A stretch of 33,928 nt of DNA, taken from the IMG/VR virus record IMGVR_UViG_3300005611_000110, positions 1-33,928 of that record; one strand, written 5' to 3'. Made by a program: the position numbers and the translations under genes. The DNA comes from a virus (taxonomy: Duplodnaviria > Caudoviricetes). The notes beneath the pieces are model-generated. The model saw only the letters and a list, made by a program, of their open reading frames with translations. It ran no database searches and was not told the DNA's origin. Shown here piece by piece: positions 19,110 through 27,024 of this stretch; the first letter of the stretch is position 1; every line of letters begins with the position of its first letter.

Positions 19110-19140
19110 AATATATCAGATTTTGCGGGGGTGGAAACAA
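19110..19140 (-). promoter_or_regulatory. Putative sigma70-type promoter for the capsid gene
   Basis: Extended -10 TGaTATATT (19118-19110); weak -35 TTGTTT 19 bp upstream; directly after a terminator. Confidence 0.45.
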
Positions 19141-19143
19141 GGG

Positions 19144-19164
19144 AAAAGGGCGCAATTTGCGCCC
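19144..19164 (-). terminator. Intrinsic terminator after the scaffold gene
   Basis: Minus GGGCGCA-AAT-TGCGCCC followed by TTTT. Confidence 0.6.
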
Positions 19165-19171
19165 CTGGGCG

Positions 19172-19996
19172 TCAACCTTCCCCGTGTAATTTGTACCATT
19201 TATTCTGGACATCGTTAGTGAAGCCCATGTCATTTCCATAACGCGGATCATTCATCATCGACATTAAGTCATCTTTAGAGTATCCAGTGCCTTCCTGGAT
19301 AGATGTATCAGGAATTGATCGCTCTCCATAACTTTCCCGGATCTTCTGCAGCGCTTTAACACGATCTGCGCGATCCATTGCCGACGCCAGGGCGTCAACT
19401 TCTTCGTATGACAATGCACCTGAATTACCAAGTTTGCTTAACCACTGGTTCAATCCAGCAATTACTTTTTCGCCTCTTGGACCTAGCTTTGCGAGCTCCG
19501 CCTCTCGATTTGTTTCAGTCTGCTCGAACAGCTCATTCATGTGCTGCAAGTGCATTTGCGCAATCTGATCGAACTGATCCTGGCTCAAACCGTTGTCTGC
19601 TGCAAAACTTCTAAAGTCTCCAAGCAGCGGATCGTCATCTGCGACGCCGTGATCGACTAATGTTGAGATATCGTACTTGCCGTCCTTTGGCGCCTTGTGC
19701 TTGCCAGCTGACATTTTGGCGCGCAACTCATTGTACGATTTTGCCATCTCTTCAAGCGCTGGACCGTTTTCTTTGTCCCAGAACTGCTCTGGCATCCAAT
19801 CAGGGCGATCGCCCCAATCGATTTCATCATCAGCTTCATGTTGCTCATCCTCGGTAACCAGGTGAGGAACCGATCCGTCTTCTTGCGGCTGCTCTGCTTC
19901 CTCAGTTGCGGCGCCTGGATTCAGCAGGGAGCCAGATTCTTCAACAGATGATTCTGTTGATTCTGTGCTTTCAGCTACGCTCATGTCTTCACTCAT
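19172..19996 (-). CDS. Capsid scaffolding protein, 274 aa
   Basis: Very acidic; RPDWMPEQFW...AKSYNELRAK...MMNDPRY C-terminal motif; between portal and MCP. Confidence 0.85.
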   Translation of the reverse strand: MSEDMSVAESTESTESSVEESGSLLNPGAATEEAEQPQEDGSVPHLVTEDEQHEADDEIDWGDRPDWMPEQFWDKENGPALEEMAKSYNELRAKMSAGKHKAPKDGKYDISTLVDHGVADDDPLLGDFRSFAADNGLSQDQFDQIAQMHLQHMNELFEQTETNREAELAKLGPRGEKVIAGLNQWLSKLGNSGALSYEEVDALASAMDRADRVKALQKIRESYGERSIPDTSIQEGTGYSKDDLMSMMNDPRYGNDMGFTNDVQNKWYKLHGEG

Positions 19997-20256
19997 AGGT
20001 TTCTACCTCTTTCAATTCGGCGCATGATTTCGCGCACTACACTGTTTTGGCCTTCACGCGCAAAGCCGTGACTTGGATCTTCGCCTGGGTACCAGGACGG
20101 TTGATCCAATGTCATTGCTTTGAGGTGATCGAGAACTTCCTGCCCTGCTTCCGTAGAGAAGCAGCGCACATAGGAAATATCGACATCATCTTGCGATATC
20201 TGGCTGTCTTTCAGGTGATAGTTTTCTGCTTCACGCAGGCCATCCCATCCTTCCAT
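19993..20256 (-). CDS. Conserved head-associated protein (Bbp19-like), 87 aa
   Basis: FSTEAGQEVLDHL...AREGQNSVVREI motif, typical between portal and scaffold. Confidence 0.75.
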   Translation of the reverse strand: MEGWDGLREAENYHLKDSQISQDDVDISYVRCFSTEAGQEVLDHLKAMTLDQPSWYPGEDPSHGFAREGQNSVVREIMRRIERGRNL

Positions 20257-20265
20257 ATGTCACTC

Positions 20266-21804
20266 CTAAACAGCTGGTGCCTCTGGTGATTGCATCGCTG
20301 CTTGTTGTTGTTGTTGCATTTGCTGCGTAATAATTTCACGCTGCTCTGGTGTATTGAGCAGTGATTGAGGTACGCCCATCTTCACTGCAATGTAGTCCAG
20401 CATTTCTTCCTGGTTCACGGCAACCTGGCCGAGCATACCGAATTGCTGGGCAATTTGACCAAACTGCAAAACCTTCTCGAGCTCGTCCATGTTTTGAGCC
20501 TGGGCGAGAGGCGCATTTGGCACAATCTTCACCTGTAATCCATTCACCTCGAGAGGCAAATCGATAATGTTCATTTCGTCCATGACGTACAGGATTCGAC
20601 GCACAAGCGGAGTCATTGCCTCAGTAATCAAACGCCCATATGCCGAGCCTAGGTTCTGAGATAACTCCTTCATCCGCTGCACGATTTCAGTCGCTGATCG
20701 CGCAGACATAGTGTCTGGCGGCAACGAATCGTCGTACAACATCCGCTTGATTGATGTGACCAGGTCATTCCGCACCAGCTGCGAGACGTTGAAATCCGCA
20801 CCTGTGCGTAATGGACGCAGCGACTCACCTTGTGGTCCGCCGTTACGCGCCACGGGAATGATGGCGCCTGGAGTAATCTTGATTGTTTGCGGGTTTAGCA
20901 CCCCGTCATCAGCTGCTGTGTAAACGCCTGATACTGCAAGCGATCCGTTTTTCAACACCAGCTCAACGACTTTATTCAATGTCTTGATGTCTGGCAGGGC
21001 AGTGACCAGAGGGCCACGGCCATAAACTTCGCCAGGCACCTTCATAAATCGCGCCACGATCCAGGGCGAAATTGTCATCGTGCGGTACACGAGCTCTGAT
21101 TTATCCTTCGGCCAGATCAAGTGGTAACAAAAGATGTCCTCGTCCACATTGAATATCGTCGCTTCAATCAGATCAATCTCCTGGTCAGGTTTTTGATCGA
21201 TCTGCTCCTGCAGCCGTTGCGGAATATCTGCGTCAGGCCATTGGCGAGAGATCGCCTCGCCGCGAATACGCAACCGACGATACACGTTGTCGACCGTACC
21301 GTATGGACCTTCCTCAAGCGAAACCAAGTATTGCGGCACAGGAATAAAGCGCACTGGCGCATCATCATCACCTGGCTGCACAAGCATGACGGCTGTGCCA
21401 ACACAGAGATCGAGCAAGAACTCAGAGATAGCCAGGTCAAAATTTGTCTGCCGGATTACATCAAACATTCGCTCTGAGTAAACCTCAAGCGCTTCGCGAA
21501 TCTCACCGCGCCGCTCTTTAGGAATCTCGTTACCAGGCGTCAGCTCACACCAGGCTCGATAAGGCGGGAACAATGCTGACTGGATGCGGTTGGCAAAACG
21601 CTGCGTTGAATTGATCGCAGTCGAATCCATGACCCTGTTCATTTTGTTTTGACCAGGTGTCTTGCCTTCGTAGTAGCCGTCATACAAGTTTCGCTGCGGG
21701 AGTGCAAATTCGTAACACTCCTCATAAATCGTGCGCCACTCTTCTTTCCTGGCGTCCGCCTTCTTGTGGCGTTTTAGGACCTCTTCAGGTGAGATGCGTG
21801 CCAT
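20266..21804 (-). CDS. Portal (head-tail connector), 512 aa
   Basis: DSTAINSTQRFANRIQSALFPP..W, GEVYGRGP...ALPDIKTLN, RSATEIVQR motifs of T7-type portals. Confidence 0.95.
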   Translation of the reverse strand: MARISPEEVLKRHKKADARKEEWRTIYEECYEFALPQRNLYDGYYEGKTPGQNKMNRVMDSTAINSTQRFANRIQSALFPPYRAWCELTPGNEIPKERRGEIREALEVYSERMFDVIRQTNFDLAISEFLLDLCVGTAVMLVQPGDDDAPVRFIPVPQYLVSLEEGPYGTVDNVYRRLRIRGEAISRQWPDADIPQRLQEQIDQKPDQEIDLIEATIFNVDEDIFCYHLIWPKDKSELVYRTMTISPWIVARFMKVPGEVYGRGPLVTALPDIKTLNKVVELVLKNGSLAVSGVYTAADDGVLNPQTIKITPGAIIPVARNGGPQGESLRPLRTGADFNVSQLVRNDLVTSIKRMLYDDSLPPDTMSARSATEIVQRMKELSQNLGSAYGRLITEAMTPLVRRILYVMDEMNIIDLPLEVNGLQVKIVPNAPLAQAQNMDELEKVLQFGQIAQQFGMLGQVAVNQEEMLDYIAVKMGVPQSLLNTPEQREIITQQMQQQQQAAMQSPEAPAV

Positions 21805-21806
21805 AG

Positions 21807-21941
21807 TTATGATCCTTTCTTTTCGACGCCTTTGATGGTGCCTTTCTTTTCCGACGCGTAGAAGACTTGCTCACCCTTCTTCTTGCCGTACTTCTTCTTC
21901 ATGGCAGACATAATTTTGTCGCCCTTCTTAGTCATTGGCAT
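21807..21941 (-). CDS. Small Lys-rich protein, 44 aa
   Basis: Manual translation MPMTKKGDKIMSAMKKKYGKKKGEQVFYASEKKGTIKGVEKKGS; AGGAGG SD; fills the gap exactly. Confidence 0.85.
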   Translation of the reverse strand: MPMTKKGDKIMSAMKKKYGKKKGEQVFYASEKKGTIKGVEKKGS

Positions 21942-21942
21942 C

Positions 21943-22215
21943 TCACGCCTCCTGTCTGTTTCGCTTGGCAAAAGCCCTGGCTTGCGCAGGGGATGAGAAT
22001 CCCCACTTCTTTAGCGCCAGGGCATAACGAGTCGGTTTGCCATCCTTGTCTTTCATAGGATGATTCTGAGCAGCGAACCGAGCAGCGAAAGATACACGGC
22101 GAGGGTTAGTGCCAGAAGACACAGGACGCTGTAGGTTTCCACCTTCCTTCGCCTCAAAGTGTCTCCTCCCCGCCTCAGTCAGGCCACCTGTCTCGCTCTT
22201 ATGCTCTTTACGCAT
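21943..22215 (-). CDS. Basic hypothetical protein, 90 aa
   Basis: GGLTEAGRRHF...RRVSFAARF...ALKKWG pattern; coupled to neighbours. Confidence 0.8.
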   Translation of the reverse strand: MRKEHKSETGGLTEAGRRHFEAKEGGNLQRPVSSGTNPRRVSFAARFAAQNHPMKDKDGKPTRYALALKKWGFSSPAQARAFAKRNRQEA

Positions 22216-22406
22216 TACGCTGATGGATAGTCGTTATCCTGGATAAAGCGAATCGCGTACTCAAGCAAACGCACTGCTTCACCAGGCGTTGTGACTGCCG
22301 TGTCGTCAATCACAATATCGATATCATCAGCTGTCAAAGTTGTTCCAGATGCTGATGTCACTTCAGGCTTTTGATCGCCCACACTTAAAGATATAACGTG
22401 GCTCAT
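22215..22406 (-). CDS. Hypothetical acidic protein, 63 aa
   Basis: Overlapping start/stop junctions on both sides. Confidence 0.65.
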   Translation of the reverse strand: MSHVISLSVGDQKPEVTSASGTTLTADDIDIVIDDTAVTTPGEAVRLLEYAIRFIQDNDYPSA

Positions 22407-22618
22407 TGCCCACCTCCGAGTTTAGTTGATAGTCCAGTTTGCGCACCTTCACGCTGCGCAGATAGTAAAGATCTTGTGCCAGCTCCGCGACGACGTGCGG
22501 TCATAGCAGCTGCCTGCTCACGACGTTCTGTGTCAGGCTTCTGCACTTGCTTCGCTTCTTCTGGTTGTTTTGGCGCTGGTGCTGCTTTACTGCCGCCCCC
22601 GCCGAATAATCCACCCAT
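22403..22618 (-). CDS. Small virion protein paralog 2 (T7 gp7.3-like position), 71 aa
   Basis: MGGLFGGGG...GTRSLLS...GLSTKLGG; GAGG SD. Confidence 0.75.
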   Translation of the reverse strand: MGGLFGGGGSKAAPAPKQPEEAKQVQKPDTERREQAAAMTARRRGAGTRSLLSAQREGAQTGLSTKLGGGQ

Positions 22619-22622
22619 GATG

Positions 22623-22844
22623 CTATCCTCCTAGCTTCGTTGAGAGACCCCGGCGCGCATCTTCACGCTCAGGTGAAAGCAACGATCGAGTTCCGCCGGT
22701 ACGGCGAGCTCTTTGCTGCGCTGCCAGGCGACGCTGCTCTTCTGCTTCCTGGCGCGCAGTACGCGCCTCTTGCTTTTCCTGCAGCGCTTCCTGCTTGCTT
22801 GTATCTGGTGCTTTCGGCCCACCGCCGCCAAACAATCCGCCCAT
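22623..22844 (-). CDS. Small virion protein paralog 1 (T7 gp7.3-like position), 73 aa
   Basis: MGGLFGGGG...GTRSLLS...GLSTKLGG. Confidence 0.75.
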   Translation of the reverse strand: MGGLFGGGGPKAPDTSKQEALQEKQEARTARQEAEEQRRLAAQQRARRTGGTRSLLSPEREDARRGLSTKLGG

Positions 22845-23329
22845 TAATACGTCCTCGCGTACATGTAATAATCCTTTCCTTCCGGCCCGTAGCGGCGCAT
22901 CAAACCTTCTCGCTCAAATTTCAAGAACTTGGCCCACTGTACCGCTTTTTCCCGATCGACACATACCACTATTTGCATGCGCAGTAAACCGAGTTTGGCG
23001 CCAATCTTATCAAAAAAACGTCGCGCACCGCGAGTTAAAAGTGCGCCGTGTTCAATTGATAATTCGCCAGGCACCAGCCAAGCCTCATAATTTGTATCCC
23101 ATTTATATTCTAATCCCATGACAAGCGCGGGTTTGCCTCGATAAAAAATTGTCCAGGCAGTCTTTGCTTTTGACACATGTTCTAAACGATTTTGAATATC
23201 TGGGATCGAGGCGAACATGTGCTGGTCGTCAGAGGAAAGGCCGATTTGATCCACATGCTGCGGAACAAATGGCAGCACCACTAAATGCCTCATGTTAATC
23301 ATTCGGTGTATTTCTGCTGCAGTTACCAT
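22844..23329 (-). CDS. GNAT-fold acyltransferase-like protein, 161 aa
   Basis: EAWLV...AVQWAKFLKFEREGLMRRYGPEGKDYYMYAR, a RimJ/RimL-like C-terminal motif; between terL and portal. Confidence 0.75.
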   Translation of the reverse strand: MVTAAEIHRMINMRHLVVLPFVPQHVDQIGLSSDDQHMFASIPDIQNRLEHVSKAKTAWTIFYRGKPALVMGLEYKWDTNYEAWLVPGELSIEHGALLTRGARRFFDKIGAKLGLLRMQIVVCVDREKAVQWAKFLKFEREGLMRRYGPEGKDYYMYARTY

Positions 23330-24915
23330 AATTCAAAATCCGTCGTTGCCTGGAATTGCTGTGGACCGGCAGAGCCATAGCGACCGCCGTACCCCCTGGT
23401 AATGACTCGATGCTCACCGCCACCGAGCATGAGATAACCAAACGCATCGCCGACGTGTGAGTGTTCGTTCTTGTTCGGCGCATCGCGGAATCGCTCCTGC
23501 CCACCACCGACGGAGATCCGCTTGAAGTGATAGCCGCCGGCCAATGACTTACGCAGTCGCTGACAATCCTTGTGTACCTGTAGCCCAGGCTTGCGATCAA
23601 TAAACCTGTTCATAGGCATTGCTCCCGCTTCACGGCGCACCTGGAAGTCGTTACTGGCTGTCGGCCTGGCATTAAGACCGATCGTCCTGAGATGATCGAA
23701 CGCCGTCACCTCAAAGATTTCGTCACGCTTTGAGCCGGCTGGATCGCCCCAAACCAATATATCGTTTTTGCTATAATTTACGTTTATTTCGTTTAGCAAA
23801 ATCAGACCGAATCGCTCAAGGCCCATGTCGTCGGTGACGATCTCCTTAAATATATGCCAGGCACCAGCAGCTGTTCGCTGACCAAAGACTGCCGCAGGCG
23901 TCAAACCAAAGTCGAGTCCGATGTGGATTGGCAGCGTTGGGTCGATTTGTATTTCGTCTGTCGACATGACCGAGTCATCGTACTCCGGCCACACTGGCCG
24001 ACCTTCCTGCACATACACATACTCGCCGCCGGCATAACAGCGAATCCAGTCGAGGTTCTTGCCGCCGAGCTGCTGATCGTAATAGCCAGGTGGTAGGTTG
24101 TTGATGTTCTCAGCCTGCGGGTTCACCTTCCAAAACTTACGCGCTGCAGGGATGCTAGCTGGGTCATCTTGGTTAGTTTCGATCACACCGCCTGGCTGCT
24201 TAAAAAACTCCCACTTGTACTTGCCGCGCACCGGCTCTTTTTCTGACAGGCGATACCACCAGTGGTCATCATCCATCGGGTTTGTATCCATCCAGATGCC
24301 ACGCCAAGGACAACCGCCGTTGCCTTTGGTTGGATAACGACCGACACGGTGTGTGAGCCCCTGTACGACAGCCAACGGCATTTCCCTGGCTTCGTTGACC
24401 CAGGCGCCAGTGAGCTCGAGAGACAGCAGCTTTCTGACGTCCTTCGGCTGATCGAGCGCCATGAAGATCACTTCGCAGTCGATACCGGCTGCGTCACCGC
24501 GAGCAGGTAGCTTGATGTGGTGACTGATTGGTGGTGACCAGCGCATCGGCCCCCAGATGTTCTCTGGGAATAGCTCAAGCCATGTCTTAATTGTGGTGGT
24601 ACGCAGCTCAGGGTAGCTGTTCCGCACGATCACGAACCGTGAGTATCGTATGCCGTCCTTCGGCGATGGTGGCTGCTTCACGGCGCGCAGCATGATTTCG
24701 GCAGCGCAGCCGTATGACTTACCGGAACCTACCGGCCCCATCAATCCGCGTACAAACGAATTGTCATGTAGGAACTTCCAGGTTGTCGGCGCGCCAGAGA
24801 AATCTAGGTTAAGACCGCCGAGCGCTTCTTCAGAAGAGATTGTCCTGTCCGTCGTCGCTCTTCGGCGTCGGGTCGATCTCTGGCTCTGATCTGTCGCTTG
24901 CTTCGCTCTCGCCAT
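23323..24915 (-). CDS. terL: Terminase large subunit
   Basis: Walker A GPVGSGKS, Walker B AWVNEARE, DTNP coupling motif, RNase H-like IGLDFGLTP, SHVGDAFGY. Confidence 0.95.
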   Translation of the reverse strand: MARAKQATDQSQRSTRRRRATTDRTISSEEALGGLNLDFSGAPTTWKFLHDNSFVRGLMGPVGSGKSYGCAAEIMLRAVKQPPSPKDGIRYSRFVIVRNSYPELRTTTIKTWLELFPENIWGPMRWSPPISHHIKLPARGDAAGIDCEVIFMALDQPKDVRKLLSLELTGAWVNEAREMPLAVVQGLTHRVGRYPTKGNGGCPWRGIWMDTNPMDDDHWWYRLSEKEPVRGKYKWEFFKQPGGVIETNQDDPASIPAARKFWKVNPQAENINNLPPGYYDQQLGGKNLDWIRCYAGGEYVYVQEGRPVWPEYDDSVMSTDEIQIDPTLPIHIGLDFGLTPAAVFGQRTAAGAWHIFKEIVTDDMGLERFGLILLNEINVNYSKNDILVWGDPAGSKRDEIFEVTAFDHLRTIGLNARPTASNDFQVRREAGAMPMNRFIDRKPGLQVHKDCQRLRKSLAGGYHFKRISVGGGQERFRDAPNKNEHSHVGDAFGYLMLGGGEHRVITRGYGGRYGSAGPQQFQATTDFELW

Positions 24916-25303
24916 CTTCTAATACCTCATAGGTGGTTACTTCAGGGCCTTTCAAATTGATGCCCAGGATACTTGGCCTGCTGTCTGAATCACTGTTGGG
25001 CTCATGCAGCCCGTGATAACGCGCCAGGACACGCAATGCAGATAGCTTGTCATGCATTTCGACCTCGATCGCATTGCCGTACTGATTGGGCGTGACTTTA
25101 ACTTTCTTGATCGCCTTCTGCACATGCACTGGTATGTCAGAGCTTTTGAGCAGAGCCATGCCACCTGTTTGCGTCCACTGCAACACATCGGTGATGTTCG
25201 ACGCGGCGATCGCTTGCAGCTCCTGCTTGACGGCCTCTTTCTCATCGTCCGATCCGATTGCCAGGATTTTGCGCGCCTCGCGGACTGTCATCTTGTTAGT
25301 CAT
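24830..25303 (-). CDS. terS: Terminase small subunit
   Basis: ELQAIAASNITDVLQW...AIKKVKV...EVEMHDKLSALRVLARY; directly upstream of terL. Confidence 0.8.
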   Translation of the reverse strand: MTNKMTVREARKILAIGSDDEKEAVKQELQAIAASNITDVLQWTQTGGMALLKSSDIPVHVQKAIKKVKVTPNQYGNAIEVEMHDKLSALRVLARYHGLHEPNSDSDSRPSILGINLKGPEVTTYEVLEDGESEASDRSEPEIDPTPKSDDGQDNLF

Positions 25304-25575
25304 AACTTTCTCGCAATCTCAATGAGCGACGCCTCAGCTTGCAGCTCTTCTTGGTATTCGATCTCTTCAAGATAATCAACCATTCTCTGGATAAACCACT
25401 TGGCTTTGTTGAGGTCGTCCAGGCCGCCTTTCTCTTTCCAGCGCCACAGATACTTGATTGCGGAGCCGGTAGCGTAGGCTTCTGCGCCGGATAGGTTTTG
25501 CACTGCTGCTTCAATTGCGTCGATGCACTCCATGCCGTCGCGCTGGTAGTGGTTTGGGTTGATGATGTCTTTCAT
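25300..25575 (-). CDS. DUF3310 / T7 gp1.7-like protein, 91 aa
   Basis: INPNHYQ..GMECIDAI...AIKYLWRWKEKGGLDDLNKAKWF; start reset to ATG 25575 after AGGAG SD. Confidence 0.88.
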   Translation of the reverse strand: MKDIINPNHYQRDGMECIDAIEAAVQNLSGAEAYATGSAIKYLWRWKEKGGLDDLNKAKWFIQRMVDYLEEIEYQEELQAEASLIEIARKL

Positions 25576-25640
25576 CTTACTTCTCCTGTTGGATTCCGGA
25601 AAAATTTTGAGCGAGAGCCCCCACACACAAGCGGCACCCG

Positions 25641-25648
25641 GGGGAGGG
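25641..25648 (+). promoter_or_regulatory. KOPS octamer (FtsK orienting sequence)
   Basis: GGGGAGGG matches GGGNAGGG; 45 bp before the XerD arm and oriented towards it. It sits in a G-run, so could be incidental. Confidence 0.45.
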
Positions 25649-25658
25649 GGGAAGGTCG

Positions 25659-25667
25659 ATATCCACA
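25659..25667 (+). promoter_or_regulatory. DnaA box, one mismatch
   Basis: ATATCCACA vs consensus TTATCCACA. Confidence 0.4.
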
Positions 25668-25693
25668 GGGTCCGGCGTTGTGCAGCGCACAAG

Positions 25694-25721
25694 ATTTAAC
25701 ATAAATATAGTTATGCGACAT
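25694..25721 (-). other. dif: dif-like XerC/XerD recombination site (28 bp)
   Basis: Minus ATGTCGCATAA-CTATAT-TTATGTTAAAT vs E. coli dif GGTGCGCATAA-TGTATA-TTATGTTAAAT: XerD arm 11/11, XerC inner CGCATAA conserved, 6-bp spacer, intergenic. Confidence 0.85.
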
Positions 25722-25732
25722 CGGCCCTTTTG

Positions 25733-25745
25733 TAAGTCGTTGTTT
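25733..25745 (-). promoter_or_regulatory. IHF-like binding site
   Basis: Minus AAACAACGACTTA vs WATCAANNNNTTR, one mismatch. Confidence 0.4.
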
Positions 25746-25764
25746 TAATTGACGATTCTCAATC

Positions 25765-25773
25765 TGTGGATAA
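25765..25773 (-). promoter_or_regulatory. Perfect DnaA box
   Basis: Plus TGTGGATAA = minus TTATCCACA. Confidence 0.6.
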
Positions 25774-25799
25774 CTGTTGTTCATTTCTTGCTCAATTGG

Positions 25800-26519
25800 C
25801 TAATTCTTGTACAGCTTGGCCCACTTTGCGACCTGCTCCAGGGTCATCGGCGGCGACGCTCCTCGACGCAGGTTTTCCCTGGTCATTGCGATCGCTGCAT
25901 CCCTTACCTCGTCAGCTGTCACGCCTTGTGAGCCCAGCATTTGCGCGGTCTGCAGTGATTTGTCGGCCATCCTGACGGCGCCTGACGCCCTCTCGACTCC
26001 GGCGCGGAACGCATGCGCCAAACTCCTAAAGTCCGTTTTTCCATCCCCCAGACCCCCTGATCTTTTATTGTTGTCGTCATTGTCAGCAAGTTGGCTTGGC
26101 TCCTCCACGATCTTGGGGCGCGGCGCCTCGAACTGCTCCTTAGTTGGCAATGGATCGTTACCGTTGAACAGCACCTGGTATCGATTCGTAATGCCAGGAC
26201 TCTTCCGCTTGATGTGGATCGGGTACGCCTTTCGCTGCAGCTTCCTGATGTAGCCAGCCTTGATGAGCTTTTGTACATGCCTGGATACTGTCTCGGCGCG
26301 AACATTGACATGCCTGGCTAACGTAAGCAGCGACGGCCAACAGATTCCGTAGGCGTTTGTGTGGATACAGATCGCTCCCAGGACTCTCAGCGTGTTGTGA
26401 GACAAACTGTCGTCCTGGATCGCTCGAGCAGGCAGCACAGAGTATGTCCTGGTTGCTGGCTTCTCTTTCGGATAGTCCCCGACCTTCGGGAACCTCGGTT
26501 CAGAAGGGGATTTCGTCAT
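25800..26519 (-). CDS. Winged-HTH protein (HTH_36 / replication-initiator-like), 239 aa
   Basis: YSVLPARAIQDDSLS...LRVLGAIC..TN..GICWPSLLTLA...TVSRHVQKLIKAGYI...TNRYQV. Confidence 0.8.
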   Translation of the reverse strand: MTKSPSEPRFPKVGDYPKEKPATRTYSVLPARAIQDDSLSHNTLRVLGAICIHTNAYGICWPSLLTLARHVNVRAETVSRHVQKLIKAGYIRKLQRKAYPIHIKRKSPGITNRYQVLFNGNDPLPTKEQFEAPRPKIVEEPSQLADNDDNNKRSGGLGDGKTDFRSLAHAFRAGVERASGAVRMADKSLQTAQMLGSQGVTADEVRDAAIAMTRENLRRGASPPMTLEQVAKWAKLYKN

Positions 26520-27012
26520 CTAGCTGCTCCTGGTTGTGCTTAAATTCGATTGACCTGACATATGCGCCAGGGAATTGCTTCTTGATTTCGTCGGCTACAT
26601 CGACTTTGTCCGCCTGGATGATCGTCACGATCTCGTCCAGTGTGTACACGATCGGGTCCTTACCTTTCATCAATGGCAACACTCGCTGCATGTCCATCTG
26701 ATCCGACACAAAGTAATAGTTCTTTTTGTTGATCCTGGCAGTCAGGTAAAAGACATCGTCCGGCGCTCGCTCTTCAAGCAGCTGCCGATCGATCACCTTT
26801 AACCCCTTGCTCAGGTTCTCGCAGCATTTGACCAGGTCACCAATGCCATCGATCGCGTCCATGTATCGCTGCCTGGCTTTTGAATACTTCGCCGCTAGAT
26901 CAGGAGTCGTCATCTTCTGCCAGGCATACCAGCCCCATTTTCGATTCATTTGCGTTTCAGCTGCATGAAACGATTCATAAGCAGCTTTCTCTTCTGGTCT
27001 TAAATCTCTCAT
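26500..27012 (-). CDS. Hypothetical replication-module protein ending in DDEIPF, 170 aa
   Basis: Long ORF coupled to the HTH gene; C-terminus EQLDDEIPF. Confidence 0.75.
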   Translation of the reverse strand: MRDLRPEEKAAYESFHAAETQMNRKWGWYAWQKMTTPDLAAKYSKARQRYMDAIDGIGDLVKCCENLSKGLKVIDRQLLEERAPDDVFYLTARINKKNYYFVSDQMDMQRVLPLMKGKDPIVYTLDEIVTIIQADKVDVADEIKKQFPGAYVRSIEFKHNQEQLDDEIPF

Positions 27013-27024
27013 CTCTCACCCCTG

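Noticed and set aside
25572-25784. 70-aa ORF and the N-terminal extension of DUF3310 across the dif/DnaA region
   Set aside because: Low-complexity translation of regulatory DNA; the DUF3310 SD and ATG are at 25575.
14979-25896. Several GCGATCGC (cyanobacterial HIP1) octamers
   Set aside because: Only a handful, mostly explained by Ala-Ile-Ala codons; not evidence of a cyanobacterial host.
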